A stretch of 64,000 nucleotides of DNA. It comes from a bacterium (lineage in GTDB: Bacteria > SM23-31). Below the pieces are notes generated by a model that was given only the letters and a program-made list of their open reading frames with translations, did no database searches and was not told the origin of the DNA. The stretch's first letter is position 1, and each line of letters begins with the position of its first letter. The stretch covers positions 32,001 through 96,000 of the forward strand of contig CBDFMG010000005.1 in the NCBI GenBank assembly GCA_965249485.1, given 5' to 3'. Positions 31,685-42,142 of the stretch are shown here, one piece after another. The position numbers and the translations under genes were made by a program.

Positions 31685-32763
31685 AAATAGAACTCAAAAA
31701 AATTACTGTCCGAGAGTTATCCGAAGGTTATGTGGATAATGCAGAGGATGGTGTTTTGGGATATGGTGGCAAGTTGGATATTCGCCCACCTTATCAGCGT
31801 GAATTTATTTACAAGGAAAAACAAAGGGACGCAGTAATAGACACGATAAACAACAATTTTCCGCTTAATGTCATGTATTGGGCTGTGCGTGATGATGGAA
31901 ATTTTGAGATTATTGATGGACAGCAAAGGACTATTTCTATTTGTCAATACGTTACAGGTGATTTCTCATTTGATTCAAAGTATTTTCACAACTTACAAGA
32001 TGATGAACAAAACAAAATTCTTGATTATGAGTTGATGGTTTATCTGTGCAGTGGAACGGACAGTGAAAGGCTAAAGTGGTTTGAGACAATCAATATTGCA
32101 GGTGAAAAACTAACCCAACAAGAACTTAGAAACGCTGTATATTCTGGTTCATGGGTTTCTGATACCAAACGCTATTTTAGTAAAACTGGATGTGCTGCTT
32201 ATGGCATTGCCAGTGATTATGTAAGTGGTTCTACCATCCGTCAGGAATATCTTGAAACGGCAATAAGGTGGATTTCAAAAGATAGCATAAATGAATATAT
32301 GTCCATACACCAACACGACCAAAATGCAAATATCTTGTGGAATTATTTTCAAAGTGTAATTAATTGGGTTGAGACTACTTTCAAGGTCAAAAGAAAATAT
32401 ATGAAAAGCGTGAATTGGGGTTATTTGTATAATGAATACAAAGACGTTCAATTAGACACAGATAAGATTGAAAAAGAAACAGAAAAAATGTTATTGGATG
32501 ATGATGTTACTAAAAAAAGTGGAATTTATCCATACATTCTGACACGAGATGAAAAACATCTTTCAATCCGTGCATTTACAGAAAATATGAAACACAAAGT
32601 CTATGAAATACAAGAAGGTAAATGCGTAATCTGTAAAGAACAGTTTGAATTATCAGAAATGGAAGCAGATCATATAACCCCGTGGCACGAGGGGGGTAAA
32701 ACAATAGAAGAAAACTGTCAGTTACTTTGTAAGAATGACAATCGTAGAAAGTCAGGAAAATAA
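31681..32763 (+). CDS. DUF262 plus HNH endonuclease (GmrSD-like)
   Basis: YQREF, DGQQR, F..IN, DHITPW..GG.T...N. Confidence 0.9.
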   Translation: MKIELKKITVRELSEGYVDNAEDGVLGYGGKLDIRPPYQREFIYKEKQRDAVIDTINNNFPLNVMYWAVRDDGNFEIIDGQQRTISICQYVTGDFSFDSKYFHNLQDDEQNKILDYELMVYLCSGTDSERLKWFETINIAGEKLTQQELRNAVYSGSWVSDTKRYFSKTGCAAYGIASDYVSGSTIRQEYLETAIRWISKDSINEYMSIHQHDQNANILWNYFQSVINWVETTFKVKRKYMKSVNWGYLYNEYKDVQLDTDKIEKETEKMLLDDDVTKKSGIYPYILTRDEKHLSIRAFTENMKHKVYEIQEGKCVICKEQFELSEMEADHITPWHEGGKTIEENCQLLCKNDNRRKSGK

Positions 32764-32945
32764 CCCCTCGACAATTAACACGAAGAAGATCCGTATTTCA
32801 GGTCTCGATAACCCGACAGAACCAATAATAGGGTTCTGTTACCTCTTAGGTTGTTATTATCGCTGTTACCTATCGGTTGATAAAAACTATCATTTGGTTA
32901 AAATATTTGCTAAATTTGACCTTTTATAAAAAATGAAGATGGGCA

Positions 32946-34019
32946 TTATCCATCCATAGTTTTGATGTCTTTTATTATCTGTCCAAATTCAGCATACAAT
33001 CTTTCAAAATGTTTTAATTTTTCCTTATTTTTTGCAATTTCCCTCATTTCCCCTCTTGGAAAATTTTGCAACAATTCTTGAAATTCACTAACTTTACCTT
33101 CTACTTCATCAGCAATTTTTGCCGAAATAGTTCTTTTGGATTCTTGTTGTTGTAAAATTTCAACTGCTTCATCTATAGTTTTTCCTTCTTCCAGAGATCC
33201 ATATGCATCCTTGCCATCTTGAATAATCTTTTCCAATTTTCTAACTTTTATTGCCATTGGAAATTGATTGTTGTAGATCCATTTCATAAATAATTCCAAA
33301 TTACTTGGATCATTTGCCCATTCTCTTAGATATTTTTTCTTCCATAATTCTTCAAAGTGAGAATATCTTCTTAACCATAAATTATCATCAGGGTATCTTT
33401 CTCTATATTTCAGAGTAGTATCATATGCATTTTTCATCTGTGTCACTTTTGTTTTACTTATGCTTATTGCATTAGCTACATCATCATATGGGTAGCCATG
33501 TTTTGAAATTAGATCGTAAACATGAGCACTTTGATTTAATGCAGCCCACTCTTTTTTTCCACTTACATGTATGCGTGCAAGAAAAATCGCAAGGTGTTTA
33601 TCACCTATATCTTTTGGAAAAATAATGCATTGGACAGGATCAATCTTGGAAATTGGTATTTCTTTTTCTTTACCCGATTTAATATCTTCAAGAAGTTTTC
33701 TCAAACAAACTATCCGCCTGTTTCCTTCAATTACGTAATAAATACCACGATCTGTTTCTTGAACAAATGGTTTTTCAGATAAACCACCTGAAAATCTAAT
33801 TTCTCGTAAAAGTTTCTTTGTATCGGATTCATCCCAAATCCACTGCTCAATTTCTTTGTCATTTAGGGATGTGTCGAGATGTTTGAACCTAACATTTTTT
33901 GGATCTAAAATTAGGTCTGATATTTGCAGATATTTCAAATCACCAATAATGGTATTATCCTTTGTAATTGGTACTTGAATTTTTGTATCTACTTGGCTTC
34001 GCTCTGTTTCTATGGTCAT
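32946..34019 (-). CDS. ParB/Srx-like N-terminal domain protein
   Basis: LDPKNVRF, VIEGNRR, HVSGKKEW. Confidence 0.75.
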   Translation of the reverse strand: MTIETERSQVDTKIQVPITKDNTIIGDLKYLQISDLILDPKNVRFKHLDTSLNDKEIEQWIWDESDTKKLLREIRFSGGLSEKPFVQETDRGIYYVIEGNRRIVCLRKLLEDIKSGKEKEIPISKIDPVQCIIFPKDIGDKHLAIFLARIHVSGKKEWAALNQSAHVYDLISKHGYPYDDVANAISISKTKVTQMKNAYDTTLKYRERYPDDNLWLRRYSHFEELWKKKYLREWANDPSNLELFMKWIYNNQFPMAIKVRKLEKIIQDGKDAYGSLEEGKTIDEAVEILQQQESKRTISAKIADEVEGKVSEFQELLQNFPRGEMREIAKNKEKLKHFERLYAEFGQIIKDIKTMDG

Positions 34020-34560
34020 TACATAATAACCAATACTAGTATTAATAAATATTTTGATACTATATGATACTTAGTAATACTATAATTGAATGACATATGT
34101 TTACACTCCACGATTATAAATTAGAACACTTAATTCCCATTATTGGTTTTTCATTTCATACTTGCGTTTTGAATTATTGTCTTACATTTGTTGTCTCCAT
34201 GTATAATAATCCCTGATCTATCTGCTGGTGTATTGCCACCTAAACTCATACACTGGTAAATCTTAGGGACATTTGCTATTTTTTAGGAACAAAAAATGTG
34301 AAAACACCCGAATTTATCAGTGTAGGATTTAATCAAACAAGCTGGAACCAAGCCAAACTTTGTAAATAATTTGGGAAAGAGAATCAAGAAAGTATCAATA
34401 GTCAATGAGGATGATTCTGTTAAAGTTACTCCTAAGAAATGGATTGACAAATTCATTTGGAGAGAGATAAATGACATTTTGAGGCTTTATGGGTTTAGCT
34501 GGTTATCTAGTGGCAAGGATAGTTGCTAGCTTAAGATAATCTCATAAATTTTTTTATATT

Positions 34561-34869
34561 TTGAATTTAATTTATAATATGACAAAAAAGGAACTGCTTA
34601 CACTGCGTGATCTCAAAGATGCAGTTGACAGCAAGCAAGGATTCATCGTTATACATATGCCCAAAAAACCTACCGAAAAAAGAACCAAGATCCATAAGTC
34701 TTCATGCAGTAATATTAAGAAACTGTTTATTGGAAGATATGGCGTAGACCTAGATAGAAAACTAGGTGGTAATAAGCAAAAATATTATCATTATGATTCC
34801 TTTGATGAAATAATGAGTGATCATCCAAAAGCCAAACCATGTAGCAAATGCAAACCTGTAGCCCTCTAA
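34561..34869 (+). CDS. Hypothetical zinc-binding protein
   Basis: IH..SC...CSKC. Confidence 0.55.
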   Translation: MNLIYNMTKKELLTLRDLKDAVDSKQGFIVIHMPKKPTEKRTKIHKSSCSNIKKLFIGRYGVDLDRKLGGNKQKYYHYDSFDEIMSDHPKAKPCSKCKPVAL

Positions 34870-35003
34870 CGTAACACCTCAGCCCTCGAATGTAACAGTC
34901 GTTTGAAAATGGTGAAAACCCCCTAAGATTCAACAGTGTAAACAATAGCAAGATTTTTTTCAGAAAATAATTTTACAGATTTTTATTCCAATATTTTTCA
35001 ACA

Positions 35004-35519
35004 TTATTTCTTTTCAGAGTGTTCAAGTACATTTGTCATGGCTCTATTCATAATTTCCATGACTAAATACTGAGAATATTCTTTAGATTTTTTACCCTTT
35101 GACTTGGTAGTTTTTGGAGTCAGACCTTTGATAATCTTTTCAATTTTGGTTGATGTGTTATCAATGATCTTGGAATATTTCGAATCAAAATCTTCGGGAG
35201 CCTGGAAATCCAGTAGTTTGGTTGAAGTGCCATAATATTTTTTTATGGCACCTCCTGATTCCTCAATTTTTACAATTTCTATTAATCCAGAGTCTTTGAG
35301 AATTCCTAGATGGTGACGTACAGTCGTTAATGCTTTCTTGAATCCTGTCCTTTTTAGAGAACTTGTAATCTGATCTGCAGAAAGTGCTTGATGGTATAAC
35401 ATTTCCACAATTTTGGCTCGTGCAGGGTCTTCAATTGCACGCGCATGTTCCATGCTTGTCGTAACGATGCGATTTACTTTGATTTGCTTTTCTAATAATG
35501 TAGACATATTAAGATGCAC
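35004..35519 (-). CDS. ArsR-like HTH transcriptional regulator
   Basis: DPAR.KI..L, TTVRHHL.IL..SGLI, KYY. Confidence 0.85.
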   Translation of the reverse strand: MHLNMSTLLEKQIKVNRIVTTSMEHARAIEDPARAKIVEMLYHQALSADQITSSLKRTGFKKALTTVRHHLGILKDSGLIEIVKIEESGGAIKKYYGTSTKLLDFQAPEDFDSKYSKIIDNTSTKIEKIIKGLTPKTTKSKGKKSKEYSQYLVMEIMNRAMTNVLEHSEKK

Positions 35520-35715
35520 TTTCTGCCTGATCTAAAAGATCCCTGTATCATATTTTTTTGTCTAATCGCATTAATTTTTTTTTGTTTCAATAAAATTCAT
35601 ACCACTATTACCACATACCAGAAGATAGGCTGTCTGAATTTGCGATTCACAGAAAATGCTATTGCGTCTCATAAGCGTGACAAAATTTAATAGCAAAAAT
35701 GACATGATGCCAGTA

Positions 35716-36309
35716 ATGTCTGGGCGGCCGTCGTCACAACCTGCTTTTTCAACTCATGTGCAAAATGTTTTGAAGACTCTCAGACCAGATGAAAAAAAGA
35801 CTGAAATTGAACTGAACAAGATTGTTGCCAAAGCAAAAGAACGGGGAGATCTTTATTTATCTGCCACTGTGCTTGCGCCTTCTGTACTGTTGGTAACTGC
35901 CACATTATATGATTTTAATGTGTGGATACTTTCAATAATTTTATTTTCACTTGCCGCAGTAATTAAATTTGAAGATGTAACAAATTATTTGATTCCAGGT
36001 TCCGCCAACTTAACGTCAGATCCACCAGATGCAAAAATACACGATCTTGAAAATAAATGCGAAGAACAAAAATGGGAAATTGAAGAATTAAAACATAAAA
36101 ATAAAAAATTAGTGAACGAGAGTAAAGAAAAAAGTATCAAAATTATAAAACTTGAAAAAGGCTCACAAAACACCAATGCAAGATTAGACAAATCAGAAAT
36201 AGAAAACAAAGAAAAATTTGAAGCCATCAGCGGCAAGATACATTCAAAGAATAATACTGAAAATACCGAAATGATTGATAAATCAAATAAAGATGAGATT
36301 ATAGATTGA
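35716..36309 (+). CDS. Membrane protein with C-terminal coiled coil
   Basis: Two hydrophobic segments then charged heptads; start inferred from TATA-like motif at 35686. Confidence 0.6.
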   Translation: MSGRPSSQPAFSTHVQNVLKTLRPDEKKTEIELNKIVAKAKERGDLYLSATVLAPSVLLVTATLYDFNVWILSIILFSLAAVIKFEDVTNYLIPGSANLTSDPPDAKIHDLENKCEEQKWEIEELKHKNKKLVNESKEKSIKIIKLEKGSQNTNARLDKSEIENKEKFEAISGKIHSKNNTENTEMIDKSNKDEIID

Positions 36310-36521
36310 ATTTCAACATATTTCGATGTCGTATTTGTGGCAGACGTGGAATGGCAGAAGAGCAAGATCTGCATGAATGCAGGCCGCTTAAAAAATACAA
36401 AATCACAGGTAATATTTTACAAGTTTTTGACGGTAAGGCGTGGTACCCATTAAAACTAGAGGAGGCATATCCGACGTTTTTTGACATGGAGAAAAACCGA
36501 CGTAGACTTGACAGGACCTGA
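36306..36521 (+). CDS. Small zinc-finger protein
   Basis: CRICG...HEC. Confidence 0.55.
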   Translation: MNFNIFRCRICGRRGMAEEQDLHECRPLKKYKITGNILQVFDGKAWYPLKLEEAYPTFFDMEKNRRRLDRT

Positions 36522-36743
36522 TTCCGGCGTATTCATGTTCTGAGAGTTCTGGCGAAATGTATTATTCTCACTGCTACCCGGACCCGGAATACCTCATTCT
36601 TCGCGCAAACAGGCTCGAATTGATGGACATCAAAAGAACATAGTTGAAAATTTGAGCCAATACAGATCTTCATCTTGGATGACAGCCAGTGTTAATACAA
36701 ATAAGCGTGGCAAAATTTAATGGCAAAACGGCATACAGGATCA

Positions 36744-36953
36744 ATGAGCATGCAGCAGAGGGGCAACAGGTGGTTTCTGCTTCCGATATTTCTGGGAATG
36801 ATAGGCGGAATCATCGCATACTTTGCTCTGCGCAACGATGATCCTTGCAAGGCAAGAAACTGCATCTATCTCAGTCTTGTCCTGCTGGTTGCCTGGATGC
36901 CCCTGGTTGCTCTGGAGTGGGCTCTTACGGATCCGGCAATGTTTGAGCCCTGA
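36744..36953 (+). CDS. Small two-TM membrane protein
   Basis: WFLLPIFLGMIGGIIAYF; start inferred from repeated promoter motif. Confidence 0.65.
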   Translation: MSMQQRGNRWFLLPIFLGMIGGIIAYFALRNDDPCKARNCIYLSLVLLVAWMPLVALEWALTDPAMFEP

Positions 36954-36965
36954 CTTGTTTGGTTG

Positions 36966-37460
36966 AGCTGATCAAAAAATTAACAAATTAAGCTGATCAA
37001 AAAATTAACAAATTAAGCTGATCAAAAAATTAACAAATTAAGTTAATCAAAAAATTATTTCAACAAAAATAAATTGATCAAACCAGCTTGAATTTAACTT
37101 GGATTGAATTTAACTTGGATTGAATTTGATCTTTCGGGGGGGGGGGCATGAAACATTTTAAATTTAATTGATGATTTTAAATTTAATTGATGATTTTAAA
37201 TTTAATTGATGATTTTGAGCTGATGATTTTGAGCTGATGATTCTGAGCTGATGATTCTGAGCTGATGATTCTGAGCTGATGATTCTGAGCTGATGATTCT
37301 GAGCTGATGATTCTGAGCTGGGTTTGCAGTAGATACAGAAAAAAAATTAGTTTAAAAAAAATTTAAATTTTAAATTGATTAATCTGTAGATACAGAAAAA
37401 TTTAATTTAAAAAATAAGATAGATGAAATGTAAGTAAAATGGGTAGATACAGAAAATTGA
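36966..37460. repeat. Cluster of tandem repeats at the convergence of the two gene arms
   Basis: 25-bp x3+, 16-bp x2.5, long G run, 19-bp x3, 14-bp GAGCTGATGATTYT x7, GTAGATACAGAAAA x3. Confidence 0.9.
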
Positions 37461-37594
37461 AGAAATTGAAAGAAAAATTGATAAGATGCGGACTTAGACA
37501 AATTCCTTTCGTATTTTTTCAATCTCAAAAAAGGTGTTTTTTTCAAATACGTGTTTCAAAAAGGGGTTCTGAAAATGATAATTTGGGATTAGGA

Positions 37595-37975
37595 TTATAG
37601 TGATATCACAATCCCTCTTTTCTGTTCTGTCATTTGCATGTCGTCTCCTTTCTTGAGATTCATTGCATCTGCCAGCTTGCGTGGTATCACAAACTTGGTA
37701 GAGATGTAGGACTCTTTTGGTGTCCTTTTAGTGACAAACTGCGTTATCGTAACTGGCATGTCATCGGCATATATTCTCTCAGGTACGAGGCGTATCTTTC
37801 TGGCTGAAACACATGATATGTACATTCTCTGGCTGTTTTGGAGTCTCAGGGACTCTGCAATGTGATACGGTATCAGTATGTGCATTCTTTCATAATCGCG
37901 CCCTGCCCTCTGCTTTGCTACCTGTATCTTCACAAAGACAAATGGAACTAGGGTATTTAATCCCCCCAGCTTCAC
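37595..37975 (-). CDS. Tandem AbrB/MazE-like DNA-binding protein
   Basis: ILIP..IA..L and FVIPRKLA..M.LKKGD. Confidence 0.7.
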   Translation of the reverse strand: MKLGGLNTLVPFVFVKIQVAKQRAGRDYERMHILIPYHIAESLRLQNSQRMYISCVSARKIRLVPERIYADDMPVTITQFVTKRTPKESYISTKFVIPRKLADAMNLKKGDDMQMTEQKRGIVISL

Positions 37976-38266
37976 TGACTCCTATCTGTGCCGATTTTTG
38001 CGGATTTTTGTGTTTGTGTTATGCAAGCAGGAAGGTACGACGTTGTGTGCAGATACTCCAGACGGCAGTCGCAGAAGATGGTGAGATGATGGAAGACTAT
38101 TGTATCTATTGGCAGTCCAAATGTGAAGGATCCATGTTCAGGTATTGCCTGACATTTGACAGTCTCTGCTACGAGGCACGCTATGAATCCTGCTCCGAAT
38201 TTCAAGAGATGTGCATGCTTGCAAGGCTGCTGCTCTGACATTTAATGATGTGTGTAATGCTGTTTT

Positions 38267-38410
38267 TCCCCGACCGCTCCAAAAAAAGAGAACGGTTTCG
38301 ACGATACCCGCGTGGGATAAAGTCAACCCAATCATGAATAATTGAGCATCTACAACAGCTAACTCCTCAGACGAGGATCATTTTAGCTGATTGTAGAATC
38401 ATCAGGGGGA
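38267..38410 (-). ncRNA. Hammerhead ribozyme variant with two hairpins inserted before stem II
   Basis: UCCCC-CUGAUGA-[insert]-GAC..GUC-GAAA-CCGUUC..GAGCGG-UC-GGGGA. Confidence 0.65.
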
Positions 38411-38443
38411 TTCCCTGTATGGTGTTTTACTGTGATTTTCCTT

Positions 38444-38791
38444 TCACATTGCACCTAGTGCGTCTTGCGTCTGGCTGTTTGCCAGTCTGCATGCCTTCTT
38501 GCCTGGACCTTCTAATGCCCTGTAGAACTCTTTCAACAGTTCATACTCGCTGTTCTTTGTGAGTTCCTCCAGTATCATTACCATTGTCCTTGACTGCAAT
38601 TTCTTTTTGCAATCCTTGCATTTTGGAATTATTTTGTCTAACTTTTCCTGTGTGCCTTTTTTGACAAATCCATGTGCCTTTTTTGCAGGTTGTCCGGACT
38701 CACAGTAGAGCCTCCGAATCAAACGCTGCTTTGAGTCGTTTTCTGCAAGATGGTCAAATATCTTGCATAGCAGGTTTGTTCCTAATGCCAT
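38444..38791 (-). CDS. Hypothetical protein with internal duplication (PxKKA)
   Basis: 115-aa ORF in co-oriented array. Confidence 0.55.
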   Translation of the reverse strand: MALGTNLLCKIFDHLAENDSKQRLIRRLYCESGQPAKKAHGFVKKGTQEKLDKIIPKCKDCKKKLQSRTMVMILEELTKNSEYELLKEFYRALEGPGKKACRLANSQTQDALGAM

Positions 38792-38926
38792 TTTTCTTCT
38801 TCTCTTTCAGTTGGTTTCAATTTTCATTCCTCCTTTTTCCATCAACTTTCTTTTCTTTTGTCTGTAGTACTCTTTTCTCTTCTCTTTCACGTCAGGCCTC
38901 CTGTTTGGATCTCTTTTCCGTTCTTT

Positions 38927-39160
38927 TTATCGCATTGCATCGGCATGACCCTCCGCTGAATCGGATAGCATCATTTTGACTGCCTGCACATGTGAGCAGT
39001 CGCTCCTATACCTGAATCCCTTACACTCGCATTCTAGGTCGCAAATCACATATGACTTGTTTGGGACAGAGGACTTTACCTGATACATTCCTTCATCGAT
39101 TTTTTCAATCGAGTTTGTCTTGATCAGCTGTTTTGCTTTTTTCTCTGTATAAAGAGACAT
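38927..39160 (-). CDS. SWIM zinc-finger protein
   Basis: Y.V.S....Y.....CECKGF....CSH. Confidence 0.85.
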   Translation of the reverse strand: MSLYTEKKAKQLIKTNSIEKIDEGMYQVKSSVPNKSYVICDLECECKGFRYRSDCSHVQAVKMMLSDSAEGHADAMR

Positions 39161-39166
39161 TTTTTG

Positions 39167-39508
39167 CTACTCCTCATCCTCGTTTGCAGTCATTTGCTCT
39201 ACGCCGTCTGCAAAGGTTACGATTGTTTTTTCTGTTTTGGCATTAGTAGTTTTCTTTCCAGAATACTTTCCGTGTGTCTTCTGCAACATCTCTATGAGTT
39301 CTGGGATTTGCTCCAGTTGTATTGATGGTCCCCTATTCCACACTGTTTGACTGTTCTCCGAGTTGATGAATGTGCTTGGTAGGCCAAACTGCACTTTGTC
39401 TTGAGGGACCTTGTTGCCTTTTTGTATTTGAAGTAATAGTTTTGCATTATTTGGAAGATGATTTATTTTCATCTGTGCAATGGTCTCAAAGTCTTCTGTG
39501 TTTGACAT
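39167..39508 (-). CDS. Possible PC4-like ssDNA-binding protein
   Basis: W.RGPSI.LEQIPELIEML resembles the PC4 signature; acidic tail. Confidence 0.4.
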   Translation of the reverse strand: MSNTEDFETIAQMKINHLPNNAKLLLQIQKGNKVPQDKVQFGLPSTFINSENSQTVWNRGPSIQLEQIPELIEMLQKTHGKYSGKKTTNAKTEKTIVTFADGVEQMTANEDEE

Positions 39509-39566
39509 CAGTTTGCAACCTCATCTAGTCTTTGCTGTGCCTGTTCTATTTGATCATCAGATGCCA

Positions 39567-40121
39567 TTATGAGACAGCCTCCAATCTTTTGAGACCTGAG
39601 ACATGATGTATGCCATGCTTCTCCATTAGACGGCTCCGTTTCATGGATTCTTTGATCTCTTTTATCTGACGTTTTGCAGATACTGCGTTATTCTCTATTA
39701 CCTTGCGGCAATATTTCATTACTTGTCTGAAATCTTGTCCGTGTTGTGTAAGGTCTGGCTGCCTGGATATTTCACATGCCAATGCATATGGTATGTGGTC
39801 TTCTGCAATGATGTATGCCATGCCAATATCCTGTGAGTAGTTCATTCCGCCGCCACAAAGAGCTAAATAGTATTCCTCACTCTCAATGTTTTTGACTGCT
39901 GTTAGACATGTCTTTTTGTGGATTTGAAATATTTGCTCATCAGTTGGACAATCATATAGTGGGTATGCATAAAGCATCATTGGGTAGTAACTATCTTCAC
40001 TGATGCCATCCTGATTGTTGTCTGACCATTCTCCATGTTTTTCATACTCTGTATCCCTGCCTACAAATTCCCAGGATTCATAATTCCAATCATTGACTGA
40101 AATTGAATATTCTGTAGTCAT
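39567..40121 (-). CDS. Hypothetical protein, first gene after header R1
   Basis: 184 aa, PMM.Y.YP and LALCGGGMN motifs. Confidence 0.75.
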   Translation of the reverse strand: MTTEYSISVNDWNYESWEFVGRDTEYEKHGEWSDNNQDGISEDSYYPMMLYAYPLYDCPTDEQIFQIHKKTCLTAVKNIESEEYYLALCGGGMNYSQDIGMAYIIAEDHIPYALACEISRQPDLTQHGQDFRQVMKYCRKVIENNAVSAKRQIKEIKESMKRSRLMEKHGIHHVSGLKRLEAVS

Positions 40122-40142
40122 TATTCTTCAACTCCTACTGTA

Positions 40143-40436
40143 CCTTTTGTATAAAAGGCAATTTTTTGTAATTTGTTTAGAGTGCTTTTACCTGCACTTG
40201 TGTTGTTTTGTTGAGCCATTGGCATCAACCTCCTATTATTCCAGTGTAACGTCTCTGGCAGTACGATTCCTATGTGAAATTATTTGTAGAATTATCTCTT
40301 TGAAATATTTCCGGAAAATAATTCCAGGAATTGAAAATCTGTTATGATTTTCTAATCAATCACACACCCATCCGCTGAGTCGGTCATCAATTGATGAAAA
40401 TAATGGGTTTGGAGTGATATGCTCAGTCAAGAAAAA
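40143..40436 (-). repeat. Cassette header R1 (structured motif 40359..40429 plus leader ORF 40121..40225)
   Basis: ~290-bp near-identical repeat. Confidence 0.92.
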
Positions 40437-40826
40437 ATTCAAGAGTCAAGAATTTGATTCAGCTCTTGCCTTACTTTTTTGAGTGTCTTTTTGTGTTTTC
40501 TGGTTCGTATGGAATCCTGGGCATATCCAAGACTCTTTCGTGCATCAGATATTATCCTAGCTGGGTGTTTTTTTGATGATTCCATACCTGTTGTCTATGG
40601 TCTGCCTTGTTTTTGGTTTGAGAAATTTGAGTAACTTTTGTGATTTTCCAGCCTCAGCAAACAATCTACATAGTTCTGGATTACAGTTGTGTTCTGCAAG
40701 AGACTCCCTGTCTGATTTGTTCTGTAACATGTTCTTTGTCTATTTCTGAGATTTCATCAGCATTTATCACACCGTCTAGTTTTTCTCGAACTTCTCGAAG
40801 GGCCTCAAATTTTTCTTCTTCGGCGT

Positions 40827-41885
40827 TCATTTGAGCCTCTCATTTTCTAGCAATTCTTTTTGGTTTGAGTGTTTGATGTTTTCTAGGTTAGATCCACTCA
40901 GGTTAGCTCCACTCAGGTTAGCTCCACTCAGATCAACCCTCTGAAGGTTAGATCCACTCAGGTTAGCTCCACTCAGATCAGCCTTCCGAAGGTCAGCTCC
41001 ACTCAGGTTAGCTTCACTCAGGTAAGCTCCCCCTAGGTAAGCTTCCCTCAGGTTAGCTCCACTCAGATCAGCCTTCCGAAGGTCAGCTCCACTCATGTTA
41101 GTTCCACCTAGGTAATCTCCACTCAGATCAGCCTTCCGAAGGTCAGCTTCACTCAGGTTAGCTTCACTCAGGTAAGCTCCCCTTAGGTAAGCTTCCCTCA
41201 GGTTAGCTCCACTCAGATCAGCCTTCCGAAGGTCAGCTCCACTCAGGTTAGTTCCACCTAGGTAATCTCCACTCAGATCAGCCTTTCGAAGGTCAGATCC
41301 ATTCATGTTAGTTCCACATAGGTAAGCTCCACTCAGATCAGCCTTCCGAAGGTTAGCTCCACTCAGATCAGCCCTCTGAAGGTTAGATCCACTTAGGTTA
41401 GCTCCACTCAGATCAGCCTTCCGAAGGTCAGCTTCACTCAGGTTAGCTCCACTCAGATCAACCTTCCGAAGGTTAGCTCCACTCAGATCAGCCCTCTGAA
41501 GGTTAGATCCACTTAGGTTAGCTCCACTCAGGTTAGCTCTACTCAGGTTAGCTCCCCTCAGGTTAGCTCCACTCAGATCAGCCCTCCGAAGGTTAGCTCC
41601 ACTCAGGTAAGCTTCCCTCAGGTTAGCTCCACTCAGATCAGCCTTTCGAAGGTCAGCTCCACTCATGTTAGTTCCACCTAGGTAATCTCCACTCAGATCA
41701 GCCTTCCGAAGGTCAGCTCCATTCAGGTTAGCTCCACTCAGATCAGCCTTCCGAAGGTTAGCTCCACTTAGGTTAGCTCCACTCAGATCAGCCTTCCAAA
41801 GGTCAGCTTCACCTAGGTCAGCATCCTTTAGGTTAGCTCCTGGTTTGATTTCGTATCCGTTCACGTTCATTCCATTGCCTCCCAT
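40827..41885 (-). CDS. Pentapeptide repeat protein
   Basis: Long A(D/N)LxG repeat run. Confidence 0.95.
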   Translation of the reverse strand: MGGNGMNVNGYEIKPGANLKDADLGEADLWKADLSGANLSGANLRKADLSGANLNGADLRKADLSGDYLGGTNMSGADLRKADLSGANLREAYLSGANLRRADLSGANLRGANLSRANLSGANLSGSNLQRADLSGANLRKVDLSGANLSEADLRKADLSGANLSGSNLQRADLSGANLRKADLSGAYLCGTNMNGSDLRKADLSGDYLGGTNLSGADLRKADLSGANLREAYLRGAYLSEANLSEADLRKADLSGDYLGGTNMSGADLRKADLSGANLREAYLGGAYLSEANLSGADLRKADLSGANLSGSNLQRVDLSGANLSGANLSGSNLENIKHSNQKELLENERLK

Positions 41886-42112
41886 TTTCTCTCTGCCTCT
41901 TCATGAATGTCGTCATAGAGATCCTCTATTGCCTGCTTATATTCCACGACTTTAACGTGGTCATAGTATTCGCCAGGAGGCAAACTTTCATCGTCGCTTT
42001 CGTACTCCACTTTGCCATCTTTTCGGAGAAGTACGCCTTCAAGATCATTGATCCAGTCTCGGAAAAGATCTATCTCTTCTGCTAGATACTCATCCATGTC
42101 TTTCTCATCCAT
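41867..42112 (-). CDS. Very acidic small protein
   Basis: About 29 of 81 residues D/E; GGAGG and TAATG-coupled start. Confidence 0.75.
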   Translation of the reverse strand: MDEKDMDEYLAEEIDLFRDWINDLEGVLLRKDGKVEYESDDESLPPGEYYDHVKVVEYKQAIEDLYDDIHEEAERKWEAME

Positions 42113-42142
42113 TATTGTTTTATTTCCTCCTTTTTTAGGATG

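Noticed and set aside
36510..36620. GC-rich spacer with TTCCGG/CCGGAA and TGAGA/TCTCA stems
   Set aside because: Short stems in a single copy; too weak to call by eye.
37217..37320. CUGAUGA in the 14-bp tandem repeat as hammerheads
   Set aside because: No GAAA or supporting stems.
40093..40347. + strand ORF across header R1
   Set aside because: Antisense to the conserved leader ORF and not reported as an ORF in the other copies.
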